Positions 1 to 11,559 of a DNA stretch of 64,000 nucleotides are shown piece after piece. The stretch covers positions 49,501,239 to 49,565,238 of the forward strand of contig NC_057718.1 in NCBI RefSeq assembly GCF_004010195.1, read 5' to 3'. The position numbers were made by a program, and so were the translations under genes. Source of the stretch: Chiloscyllium plagiosum. Taxonomy: Eukaryota. Every line of letters starts with the position of its first letter. The first letter of the stretch is position 1. The notes beneath the pieces are model-generated. The model did not search any database. It worked only from the letters and a program-made list of their open reading frames with translations, and was not told the DNA's origin.

Positions 1-1044
1 CTCACATTCTATGGTTATGCCTTGAACTCCTTCAGTTCCTCCTTTTGGAAGAACATTAGAGCAAGTATTTAATAACTTTTCCAAACCTTAAATGATTTAA
101 CCTTTGAGTCATTTGGTTGCAATCCTAACATGGATGATCATGCTTTCCTCTGTGCAAAACTGGAATCTTTTCCTGAAATAAAATATTTTACAGAATTAGT
201 GCTTTACTTCATATTGTGGAACACATTTGAGTAATGCACACTAATAACATAAATCTTTCAGTTATTTTAAAATATTGTGCTTTTCTTTTAGTTACAAATC
301 CATCAGCTCCTGCACAGCATTTGGTAATGCTGACCACAGATAAGAATGGAGTAATTGCCTCAAGATCCAAATCACTGATGAAAATTCTGGAGGAAGGACC
401 TCTGCTGTGTTTCCTCAATGTGCAGTCAATTAACAGTGGTGCTGAAGTGGATGGAGGCAGGAGATTGATTAATAAATGTGAATTGGTGCCAGCAGGAAGA
501 TTGGAGCCTTCCTTTTTAAATAAAGTTTCAGAAGTCTTCAAACTGGTCGTACAAAGGGAAACATGTAGAATGGATAAAGTGAAGGTCTGTGAGTAGATTG
601 ATGGCTGCATTGTGAAGACGGATAGCACAACATTTCGTTGAATGCTCCCAAAAAGATGTGCCTAAAAGGGTGAGGGAAAGGGGTAAGGTACTTTTTCTAA
701 ACATCCATATTGAGAAGGCCTGCTGGAGACAGCTGAAGAAGAGCAGCCATGGGATAATGGGTGTATTGGAAGTGCCTGAAGGAGCTAGTGAAGGCTGGCA
801 AGGTAACTGGCGTGAATATGAGCAAGATGGCATGGATAATCTGTTGGCCAACCCTTGCATAGAGACTCAGCAATCAGAGTTGTACAATATCAGAGCACCA
901 GGACCAATCATTAGCACTCAGGAAAGTATTACCTTAAAGGAAGGTGTTTTGGGAAAAATCACCAGTTTCAGAGTCAGAATTGGGATTCAGTGACAAGAGT
1001 TTATTGTACAAAGAAACCCGAGCTCCGGGGAGAGAAAGATGTTT

Positions 1045-1258
1045 CTGGATTAGTGGTGCTGGAAGAGCACAGCAGTTCAGGCAGCATCCAAGGAGCTTCG
1101 AAATCAACGTTTCGGGCAAACGCCCTTTATTCTGATGAAGGGCTTTTGCCCGAAACGTCGATTTCGAAGCTCCTTGGATGCTGCCTGAACTGCTGTGCTC
1201 TTCCAGCACCACTAATCCAGAATCTGGTTTCCAGTATCTGCAGTCATTGTTTTTACCT
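1045..1258. mobile_element. Penelope-like pLTR-derived palindromic short element (family 1) with hammerhead ribozyme motif
   Basis: Inverted arms (tctggattagtggtgctggaagagcacagcag... / ...ctgctgtgctcttccagcaccactaatccaga). CTGATGA-A-GGGC-TTTT-GCCC-GAAACGTC at 1132-1159. Imperfect flanking duplication agagaaagatgttt (1031-1044) / atagaaatatgttt (1259-1272). Confidence 0.8.
1129..1162 (+). ncRNA. Minimal type I hammerhead ribozyme motif
   Basis: Core CUGAUGA and GAAA, 4-bp stem II, ACGU palindromic stem III, UC cleavage triplet end, short stem I (auu/gau). Confidence 0.65.
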
Positions 1259-2614
1259 ATAGAAATATGTTTGTCAGCCCGGCTGTCAGCTGCGAGCCCC
1301 CTCTCACTCTCGGAGCACGTGTCATGATATTTTACACATTTTGTGTTACAATAGTTCAAGTGTCAAGTGTTTGTTTGTACAGCATGATTTGTTTACAGAA
1401 AACATTCCAAAATCATTATCAATTTCAGTGGTCATGATCATTCTTCCTAAGAAGGAAGATCGTTTTTCATGACTGCAGATTTGAAGTATTAACACTTGTA
1501 TTCAAGCAGTCTCAGGTAGCTAACATTTATATTGAAGATGGTGGCTGGACTCGGACAGGTCAGCAGGCAGTAGACGTTACTGATGTGTATTCTTTCCCCC
1601 ATCTGCCTTAGATCTATGCTCTGTGTCTATTGAGCTGGTATCCTGTTACCCATTGGCAGTATCTGGGTATGCTTTGCTTTATTTTTCCATGTAATGGCTC
1701 AGTGGCCATCTTGTGTGCTAAGTTACCAATTTATGGCGCAGCGGCCATCTTGTGTCTGTGTGCTCCATGTCAGCATGCCCCGTGTCAACTCCCACTTCAA
1801 AGGTGATAGCAGATTCAATTGTAACGTTCAGAAGGGAAATCAAATGAAGAATTGATGGGGTGAAAACACGGCAATGGAAAAGAGCAGACAGTGTGTGGCT
1901 AATTGAATATTTCTTTCAAAAAGTTGACAGAGATATGATGGGCCAAATGGTCTCCTATGTTTTTCCAATACCTTTAAATGAAATGATCTCCCAATTGTAG
2001 CTCTTCCTGAAAGCTCTGCACATTTTATTGCTTGTCAGTCACAGACAACAATTACCTTCCTTATACTCTTGCCTCGTTATATCTGACATATTGTGACAAC
2101 TATGGGATCTATGCACATTTGGGCAAAATTCCAAGCTTTATTCAAAATTGCTTCTAAATTTTACCTCAATGCTTCACTTGAATGCCTGGGAGCCAACAGG
2201 CTCCTGTTTCTGCTCCCTTGCCCCTCTGATAACCCCCCCAATGATGGGAAAGATCACAGTGTGAAGATGTGAAGCATTCTCCCACTATTTCCTGGCTGCC
2301 CCGCTTCAGCTCTAGAAAGTTAGAAAATGTAGTAGTGGTTTTTGCAAAGGAGGATCCGCTCAGTTTCCATTGAGCTTGGAAACATTCTGGAATCTCTGTC
2401 TATCTTGCCTGTCCAAGGTTTTTACTTCAGGACATTTGTGAGTGTTTTATATACTGTATTTTAACAGATGTTAGTCCCAGAAACTGCAGCTAATGGAGTT
2501 TACCAAGGAATTGGTGTATGGCCAATACTTTCAAGCAAGTCAGTAAGTGTACTTTTCAAATTGATTTATAAGATATTAAAATTGTTACTCTAATCTATAG
2601 AGCACCAATCATTA

Positions 2615-2766
2615 GGGTGGCACATCGGCTTAGTGGTTAGCACTGCTGCCTCACAGCACCAGGATTCCAACCTTGGGTGACTGTCTATGTGGAGTTTGCA
2701 CATTCTCTCCGTGTCTGCGTGGATTTCCTCCAGGTGCTCTGGTTTCCGTCCAAAGATGTACAGGTG
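2615..2766 (+). mobile_element. HE1/V-SINE-like tRNA-derived SINE, 3' truncated
   Basis: A-box-like ggcttagtggttagcactgctgcctcacagc followed by the core tgtggagtttgcacattctctccgtgtctgcgtggatttcctccaggtgctctggtttcc, which is shared with other copies in the window. Confidence 0.8.
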
Positions 2767-4657
2767 TAAAAAAAGTGTATATTTGTTCTGATATAAATCA
2801 CTACTTGGGCATTGATCATTAGTACAACATGATTTGATATTTGGATAGTTCATTTTCATAATCCATTTAATTCTACTCTTTGATCAAGCTTTTATTAAGG
2901 TATTTTGTTAAATATGTTGTATTGCAAGAAGTAGGTTCTCTGGTGCAGGACAGAAACAAAGTTGGATGCTCTCAATAAACACAAACTTCATTCCAAATAA
3001 GATTAAGAAATAATCATAATTAACATCTAGATTAAACAGTATGAGTTCCACTTGGCTAAAACAATAGGCAAATTGTCAAGTGCTTATACTCAGAAAATGA
3101 TCACCATATTTTAAAGAATAATTGTGAACATTCAGCTCTCTTTAATGGTGCGGTTTGATGGATCAAAACATTCAACTATAACTCATGTCTTGAACAATTA
3201 ATTTCCCCAATGAACTGTAAAACATGTTTGAACATTCAAACTTACCACACATCAGTGAATTTAGGATTACTCCATAGAGTGTGTTAACTTTTAACCTTAT
3301 GTTGTATAAGGAGACATCTGGCTCCAGAAACAGCTGTGCTTGTGTCATAAGGTAAAAGTTTTAGAGCTCCATTGCATCAAATTTATGGGTAATACTTTTA
3401 AACATTGCAAGAAATAAAAGTATGACAGTATTTACTAAATATTTTCTCTTTCTTTTTCTCATAACCACTGTTTATGTCAATAGAAGGCAGGTTAAGTTTC
3501 TATATACTATTCAGTTTCTGTACTGCACCTTCGGTAAATCATTTATCATTACACACAAAAGTTTTTGACATGATCTGACAGCATGCAGGTCTCTATCATA
3601 TTGTCAGTAATATTGGCATCTAATGTTCTATTTGCTGTAGTTAATGGCTCATTCTTTTATTCTTTGAATAAATCAGGAATTTCCATGATTTTGCCCAGTG
3701 TCCTACCAATGAGCAGTTGAACTCTTGTTCTCCATTTCAGTTCTCTATAGATCTCATGGTTTTAGTGGGCAGGACTCCTACTGCACTCTCATTACAATTG
3801 TTGAATCATTATATCTTCCCCTACCTGATATACTTCAATATGGCAATGAAAATTGTTTCCACCTCTAACTTTTCCTGATTAGTGGGCTTCAAGTGGGTGA
3901 GCAGTTAAGTTAGGGAACCACGAGAAGTGGGGGAAGTTCCAATTGGGTGTTGGCTTGAAGACTCATTTAAAAAATACCACCTGCCCACCAACTGATGCTT
4001 TCAACTCAAGATATGTCATCAGTTGGCATCCAAATGAAGCTTGCCTGTTCACACCATGCACTCACATGAAAAATTAACATCAACCCTCCAGACTCACATG
4101 AGGCCTGACCATTTTAAAATATACATCCTTTAGTACTTTTCCCACAGCATAAATCAAATTGTCTGCTTACAGTTACATTAAATATTGATATAGCATATGT
4201 GCATTCCTCACCCTTGAAATATCTCCAGGTTTGGTTTCATTCGCTTTAACAGATATGCCTTAAAGGTTTCTAAAAGGATATTGTCTCTTTTAGATAAACA
4301 CTGAGAGCACATGATTTAGATAAATCTGTCATATTTGTTGGACTTTCTCCACTTAAATGGAAAACAGCTGTTGACTGCTCATTGTCCAGTTGCCCGATAT
4401 CCATCCCTCACAGCTTACATGTTACTGATTCCTGTACATTAACCACACTGGGACTTTTCACTATTATACCCTGTAAAGTTAATACAATCACTGTGAGAAG
4501 ATATCTGGGTCTCTGAGGATAGCAAAAACTGTTATGGAAGTTATGGATGCGTCTGTCATTCTGTTCTAGACATTTATCGATCGAGAGAGAACATTTCCTT
4601 CTCAAGGTCGTGCAGGGAAAGTGCAAAAAACTTACTCAGTTGGATGATCAACCATGA

Positions 4658-4875
4658 GGCAAAAGTGAGGACTGCAGATGCTGGAAACCAGAGTTTAGAT
4701 TAGAGTGGTGCTGGAAAAGCACAGCAGGTCAGGCAGCAGCCGAGGAGCAGGAAAATCGAAGTTTTGGGCAAAAGCCCTTAATCAGGAATTCTGATGAAGG
4801 GCTTTTGCCCGAAACGACAATTTTCCTGCTCCTCGGATGCTGCCTGACTGGCTGTGCTTCTCCAGCACCACTCTA
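4658..4875. mobile_element. Penelope-like palindromic short element (family 1) inserted into a CR1 3' tail
   Basis: Inverted arms; hammerhead core at 4791-4815 with GTC changed to GAC. Perfect 11-bp TSD atcaaccatga (4647-4657, 4876-4886). The host sequence resumes as a CR1-type tail (aatgaatggtggagcacgctcaaaggccgaacgacctactcc). Confidence 0.85.
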
Positions 4876-5469
4876 ATCAACCATGATCCTAATGAATGGT
4901 GGAGCACGCTCAAAGGCCGAACGACCTACTCCTACTCCTATTTTCTATGTTTTTAATTATGCTTAACAACTTGATAAATATTTTAGAATTTAAAAGCTTG
5001 CTAGACTTCACTAACTTCCCATTAGGTTTAGCATCCTGAAGTAAACTTACACAGTAAGTGTATACAAGTAGTAGGAGTAGAATTTGGTTTTTTGCAAGCG
5101 CAAGATCAGTGATCGCAAATCAGCAGCCAGCTTTACATCTCTCTTGATTTTTATTTCCATTGAGTTAACTGGCAACAAAGATTAGAAGAGATGTAAAATT
5201 ATTTCCACTTTGTACAAAACAGGGGTTTAATCACTATGAAATGGAAATACATTAACTCCTTGGTAAAATGCAAATTGAGGTAATTTAAGGAACAGCTATC
5301 ATAATGTTGTTTGAATAAGCTCTTAGGCCTATGATTTCTGCTGTGATAGAATCCCATTCTACGGAAGCTCAGTGTGCCAGAACTCAAGGTCTCTGAGGCC
5401 CCTTGCCTGGATATCAATTGCACTGAAGCCTTCAGGAGCCAGCAGTCATTACTTGTTCAATTTTAATCA

Positions 5470-5695
5470 AGAGCTTTGAAGTGTCAGTACTCTGCCTATT
5501 CCTGCTTGCTTGATGTGACAGAAGCTACCAGCTGGGAACATGCTAATCTAAAAGACAAAATCCCTTTTTGGCATTTTCAGGCCTCTGCAGTCTGCTACCT
5601 TGGACCATTATGTGCCTGTCTACCTCAGCAGACAGCTGGGACACTTGAAGAAGATCAACTTCAAAATGCTTGACCGTTTGGATATGACTCTAAGG
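5470..5695 (+). pseudogene. Highly decayed PIF/Harbinger transposase remnant
   Basis: Fragments DRSYQLGT and GHLKKINFKMLDR resemble the HARBI1-type motifs GD.GYPL..W and GLLKMRFRCLDR. Nucleotide similarity to the 8216-8407 remnant. Confidence 0.35.
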
Positions 5696-6819
5696 TAAAT
5701 CTCATGAAATCAACAGTTTAGGAGTTGAAGGAACATTCCTTATTCCCTTGGCTGCACTGGAATACATTTTAATGTTTTAAAATAAAAAGCAGTATTAGTT
5801 TTTGTTGGGCATGTACAATATGAGTGGATCAAACTTACTCCTGCATCACTCTCTGATATCCGATTCACTGACACTAAAGCATGCATTGGGCCTCTCATTG
5901 TAATTGTAAGAGGTCTAATGCTTAACAATGGCCAACACGGATGCATGAAAAATGGCACAACCTAATAACAGTTTGGACATTGTTTAGGTGGACTATTAGA
6001 AAGGACATTTATCCTTGAAATTGCCTCTTGTTGTGCCTGTTTTTTGCACATAAACAGATTACTATGAGTTTGAAATTCTACTCCCCACGATCAACATGCA
6101 GTCTGCTCCTTTTCAGACTGGTACAGTTGAAATTGAGGATATGAATTAAAGTGTCAGTGAGAAAAGGGCATGCTGACTGTAAGAGCAGCTGCAAGTAATA
6201 AAAATGAAACCCCTAGGTAACTTCCCTTGCACCACATGTTAGACACAATAGTTGCAATGTTCTTTTTGAACTTCCTACAATCAATCATTTATACATCGTA
6301 CAATTGACATTGGTGGATTCTACACTGACACATGAATACATGTCTGAAGAATGACAGGCTTGGCTGCACTCTCAGCCATGTTTTCAGCTTCCCCCTGAGC
6401 CATGATTCTGAATTTTAACTCAGTTGATGGGACTTGGCCTCATGGTGAAAAGTGGGTGCTGTGCCTTCCCTTCTTGGCACTGGGACCCGCTGGGGAATCC
6501 GCCATCCATTTCAACATGGTAGGTGGGCTCCTCTTCCAGGCATCTTCCACCCCTTCCATACGATCCCCCTCTCCACCCACATGCTGCTCTCCTCCAATTG
6601 ACAATAGTCATCCTACCAACTCCAAAATATGGCTTGATGCATAAAATATCCCCTAACTGGGTTTTAATTATTCTTAATCAGGCCATCCATCTCTTAGGAA
6701 ATGGCAGCTGATCAACATCTGGACCTGCCACTGGTAAAATGCCCATTGGAGAGTTTGACATCAGGGAGTCCATGTAGTCATGTTACCATCACAGACAAGC
6801 ATATGTATTCTGTACAACA

Positions 6820-6930
6820 GTGGAGGACCTCCCCTGTATTTCATTTCAAAATCACACCAAAGGGATGTTTTACAGGCAGGCAGACGGGGCCTCGGTTTAA
6901 CTTCACATCCAAAAGATGGCACCTCCTGCT
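6820..6930 (-). mobile_element. DeuSINE (AmnSINE1/SacSINE1-type Deu domain) fragment
   Basis: Reverse complement reads ggaggtgccatcttttggatgtgaagttaaaccgaggcccc, matching the Deu-domain core as I recall it (GGAGGTGCCGTCTTTCGGATGAGACGTTAAACCGAGG). Confidence 0.65.
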
Positions 6931-6962
6931 TTAAGCTTGTGCTTTATGCCAATGTCTGCACA

Positions 6963-7028
6963 TTGTGCATTTATCCACATTTATAAAGAGAAACAGCTTG
7001 TGCATTTATCCACATTTATAAAGAGAAA
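6963..7028. repeat. Tandem duplication, 31-bp unit x2 with 35-bp period
   Basis: ttgtgcatttatccacatttataaagagaaa at 6963-6993 and 6998-7028. Confidence 0.9.
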
Positions 7029-7194
7029 TAGTCCCATTTGGTGTAATGCTTTCTTCTTAGAGAATAAATATTATTTTTGTTTGGTAATGTGATGTTCTTA
7101 TGTCATGCAAGTGAAATGGAGGCACATATGTTAACTCCCTTTATCCACTGAAACTGGTCTATACAGGAGTTACAGCAGACCACTTGCTGCTTAT

Positions 7195-8410
7195 TCTTTG
7201 ACTTCACAGGCCTTGATGGAGTGGTTGTGAAGAGAACGGCCCTGCATTTCCTCTCGGCCCACAACACCACAGCACCAGTGCTTGCTGGAACAGTCTGAAG
7301 TTGCCAACATATTGACAGTCCAGAGGAACACCTAGCAGTGCAGGAAGAAGGTCAAACTCCTTCTGTGCTCAACAAAATTAAGTCAACATTTTTGGTACTC
7401 ACACTCAAGGCTCACTATAAAATGTAACACCTTCTCTCTCACGATGGCTCTCAACCAATCAAACCCCCAAGTTATGAACCTTTCCTGCCCTTTGCACTTC
7501 TTTAGGCCAGGAAGTTCTCAGCACATCTGAACTGTCTAGCCACATGTGCCCCACGATATTCTGCCAAAATCTCCAATGCCAGTAGGCTCCACTATAGAGC
7601 AGGTTACCTCAACCGCAGCTTGAATCCTTGGATTATACTTAGTTATAGTGAGAACCCAAGGATAAAGTAAACAATGTCAGGGCACATAGGTGGCATGCAA
7701 GAAACTTCATTGTAAACAGAATAACACACTTGCAAATATTTTGACATCCTCTATCTGACTACCTTCTTAGCTGCAGCTGCAAGAATGATGCTATGGAGGC
7801 ACTTCCTTAGCACCAGGTGATGTCATTTCCCTGTCTGAGGAATATTACTCCTTCTTTAAAGCCCATCATAGCATGGAACTTTGGACAAGGAACATTGTTG
7901 TAAGTAGGCTCATCAGCTGTTGTAAAACTTTCAGAAGTTGTTCATGTTAACTTTAATTGCTCAACAGGAAAGGCAATGAAAAGCCCAAACAAAAAGGATG
8001 CATTTGCATTCGGGAATAAACAGGGAGCTGCTTGCCTTTCCAGCATCCACAGCAATATTCAATAAATGATTATTTCACCCAACTCAGTTCTATTGGAAGA
8101 GATTGTTAATTAGGTCCTGTCTAGCTTGTTGTGCCTAACATTGCTGTACTCTATCATGGTGAAGGTGATGCTACTCCTGCTCAGTGTCCTTATCTTCAGC
8201 CTCAGAAGTTTACTGTCACTCCCCCAGCTCTTCAGCTTCCATCACATTTCTACTTTGTCTGCTCCAGTTGCCAGAGCACAGTATGCAAGGATCATGCAAT
8301 ACACTGTAAGCTGGATTGCAAGTGCACACCTCCTCTGCTTCCAAACTTCCTCTTGACTGACCCAAGCAGTGAAACCTCATCTTCTTCAAGTTGCCTAGTA
8401 GCAACATATA
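7195..8410. mobile_element. Decayed PIF/Harbinger element: possible Myb/SANT-like remnant (+) and transposase C-terminus (-)
   Basis: Minus strand 8216-8407 gives GNLKKMRFHCLGQSRGSL...ILAYCAL...MEAEE, resembling HARBI1-like GLLKMRFRCLD.SGG.L...I.ACC.LHN plus an acidic tail. Plus strand near 7212 gives LDGVVVKRTAL, weakly Myb-like. Confidence 0.5.
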
Positions 8411-9400
8411 TTATTAACCTGTCAAAATTATCCTTGTGGTTAAAGAACAATTGATATATTGTCTCATTCTTCAAAGATACCTTTATTTCCCTGGATTTTG
8501 AAGATAATTTCCCAAAATAGAAATGCTAGGCGATATTTTCAAAAGTATATGAACTATCTCATAGAAAGTGTGAGAATTAGAAAATACAGATAGAGTGAAC
8601 ATATTTTATATCTTTATCTGGGTAACACTCCCAACACCAGCACTGTTCCTTGCAAATACATTATTTTAGAAGCGTAACAAATTTAATTTCACTGTCCTAA
8701 ATGACTGACCAACAAAAGCAACTTCCCATTGCTGAACATAAATGGAACAAATTTTCTGATGATGACTTCATATGAACATGCTGACAAACAGCAAAAAACA
8801 GTTTGAATCTGCGAGTCTTTCAACTTTAAACAAGGTCGATGTAGAGAAAGCGTCTATGGGGAGAAACAATTAAGCTACATATGGAGCTGGGAGAGAGAAA
8901 TTGATCTTTTGGGATAAGTAATTTAGGATAAGAAGCTGAATGGGATCAAGGGACTTTATAAACAGTTCATTCACAATATTCTATTCATCTTTAAGTATTG
9001 TGCAGCTGGTGGATTTTAAATATGATAAACTTCAGGGACCACTTCAGGCAGCTGTAAAATCCATTGGCATTAAAGAATGTTCTGCTGCAAGTAATAAATG
9101 TACACAAGATCCTGCCATATAATGCTTCATTTCTAATGGAATTACAACATCTTCCTGCATATTACAAATTGGTTAGAATACTACTGGTATTACAGGTCCT
9201 CCTGGACTAGTATTTCCAAGACAGACTTGTGCTAAACAGTATTGTATATTCATAAAGTCATTGGCTTTGAGTTTATGGAAAATGTATTAGTGCTGTTCTT
9301 AACAGGTTTTATATTGTATCTGTGAATAAATACACAGGAGAGGTGTTGTCACTTCAGTAACTTTGTCTTGAAAAACATCTTTTTCTGTCCGCAATTCTAC

Positions 9401-9478
9401 ATAGAACATAGAACATAGAAGAATACAGCGCAGTACAGGCCCTTGGGCCCACGATGTTGCGCCGATCCAAGCCCACCT
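9401..9478 (-). mobile_element. CR1 LINE 3' tail
   Basis: (atagaac)n tail followed by tacagcgcagtacaggccc, similar in reverse complement to the tail at 21060-21125. Confidence 0.65.
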
Positions 9479-9684
9479 AAAAGTCCCCCTCACTGTAACC
9501 TCTGATTTGTTTTATTTTATTAGTCGATATCAAAAGAAGATGTTTACCATCTGCCTCTCATTGCATAATAGTTTCAAGCATACACTTCAGATGCAAAACT
9601 GATTCAAAATGTTATCTCAGTGGTACAGAAGTAATCAAAATATTAACTTTTCATCCATTTTAGTATTTCATTTCTGACAGATGC

Positions 9685-10025
9685 ATTTTTTTCATTCATT
9701 CACTTTTTTTCATTCATTCACGGGATATGGACATCACTAGCCAGGCCAATATGTTTTGCCCAGAGGGCAGTTGAGCATCAACCACATTGATGTGGGTCTG
9801 GAGTCACATGCAGGCCAGAACAAATAATGCTAAAAGATTTCCTTTCCAAAAGGACATCAGTGATTCAGGTGGGCTTTTCTGACAGTTGACAATGGTTTCA
9901 TGGTCATCATTTAACTCTCAATCCCAGAATTTTTAATGAATTCATATTCTACTATTTGACTTGAATCTTGGTACCCAGAACATTGTCTGGGTCTCTGGAT
10001 TAATAGTCTAGTGATAATACCACTG
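9685..10025 (-). mobile_element. tRNA-derived SINE (family with tcactratgtccttt...atgtgactccagacccac core)
   Basis: Reverse complement has a tRNA-like head, the shared core and a (tgaa)n/A tail. Similar copies at 14150-14320, 30170-30482 and 44385-44680. Confidence 0.7.
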
Positions 10026-10039
10026 GTTCATTACCTCCC

Positions 10040-10182
10040 CTACTGAGAAACAGAGGGTGGGAGACAGAATGGGAGAAACAGATGAGAAGAAACAGAAAGG
10101 GAGAAAAAAATGACTGAAAAACTGAGAGGAAGAAACAGGATGAGAAACAGAGACTGAGAAACAAAGGGAGAGAAACAGAAAC
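10040..10182 (+). repeat. GA-rich low-complexity tract
   Basis: Degenerate (ctgagaaacag)-like units. Confidence 0.7.
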
Positions 10183-11559
10183 CATTGGAAAAAGGTCAAT
10201 GGACTTCTCTACTTAAGCACCACATCTTTTCACCAAGCTCTCATTCTTGCTCTAACTCTGACACTGTACACTCTTCCCACCAAGTGTTATGCTCCACAAC
10301 TCTCATTATTGCCAACAACATCTCCCTTCACTCACTGCCATTCACACCAATCCAGACGAGACTAATCCTCTGCACTGCTTACTCAAACATGGGACAAATC
10401 CCCACTTGCACCAAAGGTAACAACTGTGCCATCCAATTTCAACTCTGGAATACCTGCCTCTATTTCATTCCAGAAGGAAAACATCCCACAGATGGGTAAA
10501 AAGAGTGAAGATTGATGGTGGACTGCCTGATCTTCAGCTGCTCCCCCCTTTTGTGGAGAGCATGCTGACTCTGCAGACTGTGGCTGACTGACTGCTTCCA
10601 AGATTCTGGACTGTTATCTGAGGCTGCCCTTGACTCACTGTGCCAGGATGTCCTGATCGAAGGTTAGATCCCTTGACTGGAGATCTACTGACAGACATTT
10701 TGCTTTTGTTTGCCCTAATCAGAAAGCAAAGCATAATTAGTACAAACCATGTATTTTTGGCTGAGGGGCAAGACTCAAAAAGGCAAACGAAGGCTGGGAT
10801 GCTGTGTCCATGCAGGTAGGCTCAGAGTGAGTAAGTGTAATGGCAGTAAGCAGACAAGGCCTCTGCAAACATACAGCCTGCTTCATGGACTAGGTGTGTG
10901 TACCTGAACACACCATGTCCTTGCTGCAACATTGCAAAAGTAGTTACTAGTGCAGCCTGAAGAGCAGTATTGAAATGCAGAAGTATTCTGTAACCGAATC
11001 AGAAATGGGCCACGACAATTCCAAGAAGCTGACACATGTCAAATGCCAAAGTCTATGGATGTGGGGTATATGTGGCTGGTGCCCATGTAGTGTGCCCTGT
11101 GATGCTGATGCCTGGTGTTCAACATGGAGATCCTTTGGAGCAAGCAGTACCTGTTACCATTTTAAGTTGCCAGGTTTCCATATCGAGTTTTCTTGAAGCT
11201 AGCTGATTTGACAAGTTTGGGAAGATAGATAGCTGAATATTAATGAAGTGAGTTGGACCATCAGTGAGGTTTTTAAACAAGCAATAATCCCCTCAACTGC
11301 TAATTTGCCTCGCTTGAAACTCACAATATCTCTTGTGAAAAGCATGAAAGATGTGTACGATGCTTCCCTTGTTGAGATCAGTCTTGCCAGATTCTTTTGT
11401 CGAAAATGCCATACATTAGTCCATGGCCATGTTTCTCTTATGTTCCTGTTATGTTGGTGATTCCTTTAGAATCAGGAATTATATACCAGGTGGACAAATA
11501 ATAAATCTGACCAGGAACACTCGATGAAAACACAATGGGTTTTTCCTCTCCATTCAGTA

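Noticed and set aside
1045..1258. Palindromic elements as DNA-transposon MITEs, miRNA hairpins or CRISPR repeats
   Set aside because: Variable 10-15 bp TSDs, asymmetric arms and identity to PLE pLTRs indicate a retroelement origin. There is no repeat-spacer array and the sequence is eukaryotic.
4419..4470. Minus-strand 52-nt exon candidate (GIIVKSPSVVNVQESVT)
   Set aside because: Splice signals are plausible but the peptide is unrecognised and no consistent exon chain was found.
8292..8418. Terminal coding exon LIIYVATRQLEEDE...CIA
   Set aside because: It is an alternative frame of the Harbinger remnant, and no upstream partner exons were recognised.
8131..8454. Cys-rich ORF (CSSCQSTVCKDH) as a piggyBac C-terminal domain or zinc finger
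   Set aside because: The opposite strand matches a Harbinger transposase C-terminus better, and no piggyBac core or TTAA ends were seen.
10185..11200. Possible coding region
   Set aside because: Short unrelated ORFs with no recognisable domain; possibly decayed transposon sequence, but I cannot assign a family.
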